64,000 nucleotides of DNA from contig KZ538089.1 of assembly GCA_000934665.2 (NCBI GenBank), forward strand, positions 1 to 64,000, written 5' to 3'. A program made the position numbers and the translations under genes. Each line of letters opens with the position of its first letter. The stretch's first letter is position 1. The notes beneath the pieces are model-generated. The model was not told where the DNA came from. It made no database searches and saw only the letters and a program-made list of their open reading frames with translations. Below, piece after piece: positions 53,091 to 64,000 of this stretch. Origin of the DNA: Catajapyx aquilonaris. Its lineage: Eukaryota.

Positions 53091-55512
53091 TGTGAGAACG
53101 ACGCGAGTATTTTGCGCCATCGCTTCAAGGGCTGGTGTTGCACATATGTGCGAATTTAGGTTGGTTAAGTAAGGAGAACCCTCCGCCTCCTTGTTTCCCA
53201 CAGACTTAAATGCACCCCTGGCTTGGTTGTGGCGAAATCCCAGCAAAAAATAAATAAAATGCCGAAGAAAACTGTCAAGTCGTAACTTTTTCTCCTCACA
53301 CACTGTAATATGCTGAGGTGTATCCCTCCCCAGAAGCATAAACACATCTCACAAACACACTGCTATCCGTAATGGGATGAGATAGTAGGCTAATGCTGCT
53401 GGGACATTAGCCTGCCTTCAATTTCCTTTTCAATTAAGGGCGACTCCCGGCAATCTATCTGGTGATGAGCAGCTCGGCGTAGATCTTAGCCTAAATATCA
53501 AAAAAGGCCCATGAACTATTTCTAGTCGCATAGACGCTATATATGAGGAATAAGAAGGTCCTTAAACTTTCCGATTCGCTTGCATTATGCATCGCCGTTT
53601 TGTGATGGATTACCTTTCTTGGCCGGGTTCCTGAGCCTTTATTCTATCGGGAATACAGTTCGAATAATAAAAAAAAGAGAGTTTCAAATTGCGTGCGTAT
53701 AGTCGCTTGTACTCCAGGTTTTGTTCAAATATCATGAATACTCATAGTCCCCTGCTGGGCCCTATACTTTTAAGTTAGAGATGTATATTACATGCTTGAA
53801 ATGCATCTTTCCAGTCTATAGTCTTATACCTTATATTTAAATTAAACGCAGGCTGCAAAAGTGCAGCGCTGTGTGTCCATTTTTTATACGCTCAAATGGG
53901 TCGCATCATGCAGTTTGGAAAATGATCGTAAGCTGTGTAGATAAGCGCAACAATGCGTGTTCAACTATGAGCGATAAAAGACTTGTCGCGAAAGCAGCAA
54001 AACGAGCGAATTGGACAGCTCATGCAGAGCAATATTATCGTAAACAACTCTGTAAATAATGCCGTTTTGCAGACCATATCTGTGGGTTAACAATGCTAAA
54101 CTTAATGTGATTGCGTCCCCGCCAGCAGCGTTGGACATCAGGCATACCGTGTATATGTGCTGCGCGTGCAATTAAATATGCTGATTGTAATGTGTATATA
54201 CGGCGGTCTGTTGGCGTATAAGCCTGGACACTACTGTATAAGTGTATATATGTTCAGTCATTCATTAACAGCTTGAAGTCATAAAGATTGACTTTTTCAT
54301 GGCGAATAATAAGAAATTCCAGCGCATATAGGTTATTGCCGACCTGCCCCACATTTGAAAATACCGCAGATTTTCCATTAAGACCTGCATTCAGTAGATT
54401 TTGTGCGAAAAATTGAGTGAATAAGGGATATGATCCCTGTGTTCCCAAAGTGTAATCCGAAAATTAGACCTTTATTTTTTGACACCATCACCGTTAATGA
54501 TTGATCCTGATGCTCAAATTACTTTGGCCTTTTTGTAACCTCCAAAGACAATTACAGTATTGTTATCTTCCTGATGAATCAAGGCATCTGGAAGTGCGGC
54601 ACTCTCAGCATAAAAAAACTTGAAAAGGGCATCTTTTTACGGCATTTTTTTTATCAACCCATCATGTAACAACCCGCAGTGGCCGTAATATAATCTGAAT
54701 TGTGTCCACAGCATATTGTAACGACGCAAAAGATCGTATATATATATACACGCTGAAACTTTCGATCTGCGGTATATAACCCATAATGTGCGGGGCATGA
54801 CCTGTCTGTGTATGTGAATATAAGCCATGAGCGTATATTTTCGAAGCAGCATTGTCCATGGTCAAGTCCACTGAAATTATTTATGCAACTCCATATATAC
54901 AATAAGGCACAGTGAGTAACAAGTGCGCCGTGACTTCTCAATATAAGTGCATTATAGGCAGTATTACTGTGTCATATATAAAAATGGGGAGTCATACCAT
55001 GTAACATTGTCCGCGGATTTAGGAGCAATTCACTGGATATCAATAATGCCTTCTGCGGTACACAAATTTGCGTGCCACACATTGTAGTTGCAGTAAATGA
55101 GCAGCACATTTAGTTCTGCTTGTTAAGTGTGTGTGTAGGTGAGCAACTAAGCACATTCCTAATTATTTTGGAAACGCGTAAGTCATATAGCAAGTGCTTT
55201 GACATCAGGCCGCTATACTATACGTATTTTTTGCTGCCCTCGATTCCTGGGCACACATGATACAACTAAAGGAATGTTATGCAAAAGAAAGCACGTTATA
55301 ATTGTTGTTATTCGGACCTGTCACAATTCACAGTAAATTTTGCAAAAATGTTACTGGACTTGACAGCGGAATCGTCTCACTCTAATTGCGCTTAGACTGC
55401 TGGGTATTTTTGTATGCGAATCTGGTAATCCGGCCGACTCTTGTCCCGGTTGACATTTCGGGGCCAAATTATTCGCCCAAAATTCGCAACACCCCATGGT
55501 TTTCGCCTTATA

Positions 55513-55719
55513 CAGGGTGGTCCAAGTTCAAGTGTCGTTTTATAACGGCGATTAATAGCAGTGATTTTGCGATGACGTAGCAGCGACGCGTAAAATGTCC
55601 CACTTCGGCGCATCTTCGGCGCAATCGAAGTGGGCAATTTTACACGTCGCTGCTACGTCATCGTTAAGCGCTTCTATTAATCGCCGTTATAAAACGACAC
55701 TTGAACTTGGACCACCCTG
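55513..55719. mobile_element. Foldback MITE, Tc1/mariner-type (207 bp, TA target duplication)
   Basis: TA|CAGGGTGGTCCAAG...CTTGGACCACCCTG|TA. The first 46 bp of the arms are perfectly inverted. The arms (55513-55607 and 55626-55719) stay complementary almost throughout, around an 18-nt loop. No coding capacity. Confidence 0.9.
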
Positions 55720-58700
55720 TATATAGTATGACATAAGTGCACACACCGCGCTTTGGCTGAAATTAAGAAATAGTTTTGAAGCAGCAGATATTTGCATCAG
55801 CTGGAATTTAGTGGCAGTCGATGGAGTGGGCTGATTTTCGATGAATTCTCTTGGAGTTAGCGTAGGTTTTCTTGGGGATCTCACATTATCTGAGAGTCCA
55901 TAGTTGATTCCATCAGCCCATATGTGAGATGGGTGCTGGTTTTAAGTCATGCACAATGTGTTGTGTATACACCAAGCAGTCATAGAGATGTTGTACAGTG
56001 TGTTTGCAGAGAGTGCATATAGTTGCTCCCCCTTTTCGGTTGAAATGGGGTAGTTCCTCGGAGTAGGGCCAGGTGAAGGGTAGGGTGGAAGGTGGGTGGT
56101 TGGGGGGAAAAGAGCGGAAGGTGAAGAGGGGGGGGGTTTGGGCAGGTATCGACCGGCCAGATAGGGAGGGGCCACTGCAGAGGGGCTGCAGCAAAGTAAA
56201 GCACATGCTGATGCCCGAGCCCGACCTAAACTCTCTCTATGTACTCATCAGCTGCATTATGTCTATTTACACACACTTTTGCATTACCTGCAGTCGTGCT
56301 TCTCGTATAGTATGTTCACACATACGTATAGAGGCAAATGGCGGATCACGTTCCGTGCGATATGATCTACGCCACTATTACTAGTATTTGTGATAATGTT
56401 CTTGTGCACGAACAGAAATGGTGGATGTCATTATCAAGACAAAGTTCGTGTTACAGGGTGATTCCTGAATCTCTACAAGTTTTATTATTATTGGTAACAG
56501 TTATGTGGCGTGTGTACATCCAGCAGTGACGCGGCTTACTGCTTCGAATGGTATGCTGTCGAGTGACTGGAAGAATCACTGCTTATGTTTATTTATGTTC
56601 AGGCGTGACCAAACTGCCAAAATTAAGGGGATGGTCGTATATATGCAGCAGTGGCAGTCAACTGTGAGACCTGCTTCAAGTTTAGGTTAACATAATATGC
56701 CAAATTGCGTTCGGTAATTTTACCAGCATTAAATAACACGTCACACGTCCCGACTCCGTTGATAACTACTGCTGTAAAAATGGCAACTTTTACTGCAAGA
56801 GTTGTTAGTTACGGTTGGTAACATCGTGCTGTGGTGTGTCTGAAAACTGAAGAGTCCATTCCTCGTATACATGCTGTGCACAGACAACGTGCTTGTGACT
56901 TATAAATGTGTACAGCACGTTATTGTTGAATGGGGTTTGGAGTAATCTGATATAACTTCCAGCTCTATTATATACATGTGGCACCGTGTATACTTGGAAC
57001 ATAATCTGCGCGTCGTATCAACATTACAGTGTTCGCTTTGCGATGGATAAATATATGTATACAGGCAGCGTTTGTTCCGAAGAACGGTTCGGTATATCTG
57101 CTGGCCAGCTTGTCATTTGCCGAGAGATCCAAGTATATTCGCGATGCATGAAATGAGCCGAGCAAACAAATCTTGAGGGGGCATTTCCGTCTGCAGATCG
57201 GCTCCGACTGTGCATATACACCAGCACTATATACGATGCGTTCCTCTTTTTTTTCGTAAATAACTAACGGAATCGATCTGTGTGCCTGTAATCTTCTTTC
57301 GGTGCTGAGATAGCTCTCAGCATATAGAGCCTTCTGACTTGTATATAAATGATACTTGGGTCAATGCGGTGCGAATTCCTTCCATCATAGAGCACACGGT
57401 GTAATGAGACTCTGACCCCAAGTAGGGTAGATGGTTATACGATAAGAGAATTCCGCGAAAAGCTCTTTGGCTGGGCGATTCTATACAGCCTTATAGTGCT
57501 GCGTTGGCAACAGCAGTCCGTGCTGCAAACAGCGAGGGAGTCATTTGGGAAAATTTTTACGAGCTTATTACTCCGGCGGTGATTATTCCTTGACCACAAG
57601 TCCCGTCGGCAGCAAATGGCCACACTTATTTGGGGAGTTGGCAGAACTTGTTTGTTCCCCCTCCCTTTCTCCAAATAACCAAAAAAAAAAAGTCTCTGCA
57701 GAAGAAGGCAGGGAGAAGAAGAAAAAAAGTATATTATAACGAGAGGGGGGGAGAAATGATTTTCGAGCATCGGAAAAGTAGAGGAATTACCGAAAAGTTT
57801 TTGGGTATATAGTATCTTGGCATCGGGCTTTCCCGGAACGGATCAATTATGTGCCGGAGCAAAGTTTGGGGGGAATCGCAGGCAGGGCAAGGTATATATA
57901 AGGTGGGGGGGGGGGGGGNTGGGGTGTAGACTACGGGTCAATAATCCGGTCTGCTGCTGCTTCTACTGCTGCTGGAATAAGCCCTCGGAGAAAACGTCCA
58001 TCCAAACTCCTCATTTGGCGTCGTAAAAGGATATAGGAGGGGGAAAAAAACCAAGAAGCAGGGGCGGCAGTCAGACCTAATACGTCTCGAGTGAGGTTTG
58101 GGGGTGGGAGGGTATATAGTAGGGGCTATACCTTAGACTTGAAACCCGAATATCGACGAGCGTCTCTCACGTGTAGACGACCCGGACACTCAGAACTGCT
58201 GCCTATAAATATTCACCAGTTGAATGCCGTGCCATATATCTGATTGTAGGAAGCATTGACATTGAAGCCAGGACTCGGCTAACTCAACCATAGGGTGTCC
58301 CAAAGTGAACGGCCTGTTGGACTTGGTGTGTACTACATATACATCATCAGTGTTTCCAACCAAGTTCACTCACACGTACCGCGGCGTGAATATTTAATAT
58401 TGTATCCAGCAGTGTGTTTGCAGGGCTAGTCGATTTGGAGTTATCGCCTATATTGATATCTATGATGGCAAAAATGATGTCATTCCAACCTTTTTAAAGA
58501 AAAAAATCGAAGTTTATAACTGCTGCTGGGAGACATATTTAGGAAAAGTGCTCATCCACATCGGAGAATACTAATGTAATTACTCGGGGATTACATTACT
58601 TTCCCCTTGAGCTTTGCGGGTTGATGCATTAATACGATTAGGGGTCAGTGTGTGATTGGAATGAAAAGGATTAAAAGAATGTTCATCAGGCAGTGCCCCC

Positions 58701-61700
58701 ACAGACTAACAAAAAAAAATCAATTCATATACTGCATTATGTGGATAGAGCTATACATTTATGAGTCGCATATGAAGCAAAAGCGACTCTATATGCGATG
58801 AGTATAGTAGTTGTTGTGATAAGGTAGACTTTCTCGAGGTGTGTGCCAAGCAAGGCTGGTAATCACCCGGGAGAAATTACCACCCACGGCCCCATATAGA
58901 TTACTGAAGTGATAGGTAATGCATTCTTAAGTAGTCTAGAACTGTGCATAGATGTGTCACACTTGACGCGAGAAAATATTGCTTCAGGAGAACGGGCATT
59001 GAACGTAATATTTTCCTGCTACTGTACTTCTTGGTGTTGCTGTGTTGGCGTAAAAAAATAATCCCCGTATTTATGAATTATTTCTTACTAGTGAACCATG
59101 TTGGAATGGGAAATGAGTAATGGCCATGTGCTTTGCTTGGGCTAGGATTTAGATGACGTCATATATAGTTTATATTAGTAACGGTCGATTTATTACTACC
59201 TTTGTGAGCTATAATATGTAACACTTTATCAGGTGAAAGCGTTGTCATTGCCAGAGACCTTCAGCGAGGCTTTCTTGGAAATGAAATTTTCCCACAACAG
59301 AAATAACACTGACAAAATGTTGAGGATCTAGGATTGTTTTTATAAACAAAACCTGCCGAGATAGTTGTTCATGTGGCACGTTCATGTCCCTCACGCTCAT
59401 TTTCATAAGTACACGTACCATACTGTATATAAACAACACGGTAGACATCGAGCAATGTTGAAATAGAGGGAACTTTTTACATTTCTTGCCAGAGCATATA
59501 CGTCATGAACTGCGTAGATCATAATGAGCTTTATTAATATGCCGTGTAAAAATTGATTACTGTAAGTTGCATCCAGTTTTTCTCCCATGCTGATGTGCAT
59601 TGTTTTTTAAAATGGTGCCTTAAGCACAATTACCTTTTAGGCTTCTTTATGCCCAGTTGACCACTTGCGAATAAGGACGTCACATATTCGGGACAAAAGG
59701 TGCTGTTTTTACCCAAGGTAACCTGCAACTATTTTCGTCTAATCTTTTTACCGTGTCCTTGGTTAGAGGGAATCATGAAAAGGCGTCGCCCGTTGCTATT
59801 TCAGATGGATTTGAGATCAATATGAACTACACAAAAGGATGTGTGTACTACTCCTTTCCCACAAAAAAACCACAATACATTCAGTTCACTTCTGGGCTGA
59901 TAACAGACATTTGTCGCGAAGTATTTTTACTTTTTACAACAGTGCTCGATATCTTCAAAACCACGTCACACATCAGATTAGAATATCTGCACTTCATTTT
60001 TACAACCTTATACAGATTAGACCAACTCATATTAACGTTATAGTAAATCAATGCGTTTAACTACCTTGCTTGAAGTGCCTCTCAAGATTATAAAACCACA
60101 GAGTATACGAATTCTGAGAAAATTTGAACCTGCTGTGTATAGAAAGGCGCCGGGAAAAATCTGGATACAGAATATTTTCTTCCCACTTTTTTCTTTCTTT
60201 CACGATTTGGCCTCCTGGAGTAGAACATCCGAAGCTGTCAGTAGTGATCTGCAGGGGGCCATTTTCCTAGCTGCAGAGGCACAAAGGGGGCACGTTTCAT
60301 CTGGTAGCCGCTCATTGCCACTCTCTTTGAGTGGCAGCCCCAACTATGGCCACGACTCCATAATTCATCTAGTTGTGCCCAGGGAGAGGCGAATCCAGAA
60401 AATGTTGGAAATAAATAAAAAAAACCCTCTCCAACCAGGGCACCCATAATATTTTTTTTTCTTTGTATATTCCATTGCAAAAGGCAGCTTCCTGCTGTTG
60501 GTGAATAGTCCGAGCTTCATCCAGTGGAACAGTGCCGTCATCCGGTGGCACAGACACACCTCCGCAGACTCTTATCCACTTTCCCATCTGTCCCGCATAT
60601 CTCTCCCTCCAAAGGTCACCTCAAACCCAGGGGAAGTGCAGGTACTTTTTTTTTACTCGTTATGTATGAAACTGCACCAAGGATAAGTGGAGTATATAGT
60701 TGTGTGGATGGTTGGGGAGGGGATAATATGATAAGACACACACAAAAAAATTTGGGAAGGTGGGAGGATGGGTCGGCAGAGGATAAATCTGGTGGTTCCA
60801 TCCCTGTAAAAAGGGGGCCGCTGGTATAAATAAAGTAATAATCGCCTGCGGAGTGGCGTTTTATAGTCTCGGAGTGGCTGTTGGGGAAAAGGGGCCGACT
60901 TCCTCGTCCTGTTTCATGGGACGCGTCATAAATGCCAGCCGCTCCACAGCAGATATTCCCTGCATACTTTGCAGGAGATTCAATGGCTGGGATGGGCGAC
61001 CAACCTGCTCAATAAGCTTGGAACAGAGCCGCTATTTGTTTTTGGAGAGAGAAAAAAATTGCGTGTGTTGAAAATCGAGAGTAACATGCGCCTCCACCTT
61101 GACCTTAGTTGCTGTCACAGCCAGTACCTCCTCAATGTCTTCTGGAGTCAACCTTGGCGTGCAAAATCGAGTCCCGTGCAAACTGCTTCCGTCTATGGCA
61201 CCAACTGCGACCGTGATCGCAGAGGAAAAACTCTTCTTTTTATTCGCACCTTTTTGTATACGCGATGCATGCGGTGTATCGTGACTCGTCCGTGTATACT
61301 GCGTACAGCATGTTCTCACCTCGACTTGATCATGCATTGACAAATTGAGGGGGGGTTGCATCTTAACTGCATTCACGCTCGGAAAAGCCCGCAACAAATG
61401 ACCGGGGGAGTAATTATTGCGGGCAATGGCAATAATTTGATGCGCTTAAATAGTGTGTGGGGGCAAATTTTAAGGGAGGAATTAATGGTGTCCCAGCAGA
61501 AGGAAGAAGGCGATTAGCCAGTGGCTTCCTCGATTTCGGATGCTCCCATTAGTCAAACAACGGCTCAGGAAATGTGCCAACTATTAATTTTGGGCAACTA
61601 AATAACCACGGTTCTTGCGCAAGTAGCATGCGAGCTGCTCGTTAAAACCGATCCCTGCCCCCCCATCCATACAAAAATCCCACACTGTGTTATTATATTA

Positions 61701-64000
61701 CAATATATGCTGCGCGGCTTCTGTGCATCACACGACTGACGCATGACGAGTCCCTTTGTATCGATGTAACACCCGATCATTTCGGCGGAGGAAAATGCCG
61801 ATCATATACGCGCGTGACGTCATAACATACGTTTGATTGGAATACAATATGTGATAGTCTGTCGTCGAGTGTATTTGACTGAACATCAGCAGCGCCGGAA
61901 AAGCAAATCTAAAGCTCGATCGTTACATGTACTCTCTGTCATTCTAAATTATTGTAAAGAAGTCGAGATATTGGCGAGGGAAATTTTATATTGAAATAAG
62001 AGACATGTTTATGAAAATAAGTCGACTGCACTAAAAGTGCATAAGGTTGGCACAGTGCCCAAGTTTCAGAGAGAAGGGTACGGTTTGTTCACTCCAGAGA
62101 ACCAGTTGTAATGTGCAATCAGGGTCACATTCACGTGTCGGGATTGATGTGTCTTTTATAAACTGGTTGTCTGTGGTAAACAATCCGCAGATTTTCCCCT
62201 TGAGCTGCTGGGGGGACTGTTTGCCTTTGATTTGCATTACGTTTGATGACATTTCCCGTGCAATAAATACGGTACGCTGTATATGCACTTGTGATTGATT
62301 AGCAAATCCATTAAGTGCTGAAACCTTTTTCGTACGATGTAGCAGCACTCATTCAGTGTGTTGTTGCAGCTTTGAATTGTCAGCGTGTCCGGTATGTTAC
62401 TGTCAGGTTAAGAGCATATAAGTCCAAGGCCTCCATTTGGGGCAATCATTTCAAGAATCCCCTCGTATATAGACACGGATTGACAGAGCCGCACAGGATT
62501 TTTGTCGTGTGATGCATTAATTGCCAGCATGCAGGTTTGTCACCAAGGTTAACAAACTGGAAATATCCCATCAGCACAAGTCCTCTACTGCTTCTGCTGC
62601 TGCTTTCCCCCCCACCTGATATCTGCTTCATGCATGTGCCGACCTTCGCTCTAATCACTTACTTACGTAACTAGTATGTATCGGCGTTACAGTGATATTC
62701 TTCCGATCCCACATTCAGCCAGGCTTTTTTATCAGGAGCGAGAGCACGTGGATGTGAGTCACACGCGGTTTTTTGGCGGAGGTTCTCCTACTCTCTGATA
62801 CATGATGCAGTCTGGTATATTAGTGCAGCCAAGAACATGCAGAGTGTCTGGATGGTGTTGTCGTGACTGGAGGCGCGTGCGGCGGGCCCCAAACCTCCAT
62901 GCAGGCAGGCAGGCAGGCAGCCCAAGACATGGCAGCGTCTGTGTCGTGAAGCCGCCACTTGGCACGTTTCAATGAAGGCGATTAGGCCGCCTTGCTCACG
63001 CAAACATCTCTTTTCTCTCATCCCTCCAAAAGCAGCCAGCAGGCTATAAGAAGAAGAAGAAGGCAAGGCAAGGCTACTACCCCTTTTTTCCTCCATTTGA
63101 TGCCCCGTCTGAGGCTCAGCGCCCTGCCGTCAAACACGAAGGGCCCTTCTCACCTGCATGGTCCACACACTACGGGTTAATCCGGCGTGTGCAGGTGCAA
63201 TCTGCCACACACCATCTAGCTATAAGATCCAGCAATTTCTCGACGCATGTAAAAGACGTTGTTCCCACAGCCCCGGAGCAGCAATATCGACATGTGTGTA
63301 TAAGTGTGCTGACAGTGCAGAAGATGGAGGGGGCCCGAAATCAATTTGGCGACGTTGGCCCCCGCTAAAACACACGCATGCAGCCGCAATAATGATGGAA
63401 AGCGCGGAAATGAAATGTTGGGTCCATTAGTCGTCCGTTGGCTGGCTTGGCTCGGGCCTTTATTGCTGGGAGTAATAATGGGAAATGGAAAGGCGCTTCC
63501 GATTGCCTGCTGCCGAAGTGTCAGGTGGCGCAGGTCTCCATTGGCGCCGGCCTTTAGAAAAAGAGAGCTCTATGTCCACATGCAACCTGTCCGCGCGACT
63601 CATCCAAAAAAACCATCGCATTTTGCTGGAAGAGAGAGACTGGCACCTCAACCGCAAAAATGATTTTTTGGTCACCCCCGCCACTAGCATATATATGTAT
63701 ATACGAGGCATATAGAGCTTGCTGCCAAGAACCGGAATTGGCGCATAAAACCTGTCATCGGTGACCTCCTGCAGGGATCCTCAAAGGTGCCCACAAATCA
63801 CCTTTTCGGGAAAGGAGAAAACTGGCTCTAATTAAATGGGCTGCCGTGGCCTCTCTCTCAAACTCAAAGATGACTTTGCAGTCTGGGGGCTTCGTATAAA
63901 AATGGCGTGGGAAAAGACACAGGGGGACCTCTGAATGTCTAATTGGCCCGTGGGCTTAAGGATTTACTGCGCTTCGTCCGCCGCGACCAAATTGAGGATT

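Larger units (their letters stand above)
51782..64000 (+). other. ss: Intron 1 of spineless (phase 2; extends beyond window)
   Basis: GTAAGC donor directly after the conserved exon. I found no KSNPSKRHRERLN-like bHLH coding sequence downstream, either in the ORF track or by reading, so exon 2 is probably outside the window. Confidence 0.75.

Noticed and set aside
1..64000. Prokaryotic-type systems (CRISPR arrays, operons, defence or mobile gene clusters), tRNA/rRNA genes, and clusters of Exd-Hox TGATNNAT or TAATTA sites
   Set aside because: The sequence is eukaryotic and non-coding, with no regularly spaced repeats or RNA-gene signatures seen. Homeodomain-type words are present but too short and common to assess by eye.

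Overview
Eukaryotic (arthropod-type) genomic DNA that is almost entirely non-coding. The only protein-coding sequence I can recognise is a 56-nt first coding exon at 51726-51781 (+). It encodes MNQLGTVYATKRRRRNGK(S), the conserved N-terminus of Spineless, the arthropod aryl hydrocarbon receptor orthologue (bHLH-PAS), and is too short to appear in the ORF track. A GTAAGC donor follows, opening an intron 1 of more than 12 kb that runs off the window; I could not find the bHLH exon. Upstream lie a GA-repeat/CRE/CCAAT promoter-like region and about 51 kb with no recognisable gene, best read as a large cis-regulatory domain. The window also holds several CAGGGTG-ended Tc1/mariner-type MITEs or relics, microsatellites and small assembly gaps in G-runs. 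None of the ORF-track ORFs looks like a real protein. The most notable observations are a uORF whose stop codon overlaps the spineless start (ATGA), (GGGT)4 G-quadruplex motifs bracketing exon 1, a near-perfect ~95-bp-arm foldback MITE in intron 1, and apparent excesses of Su(H), E-box and XRE motifs (hand counts, untested). I found no evidence of a new multi-gene system.
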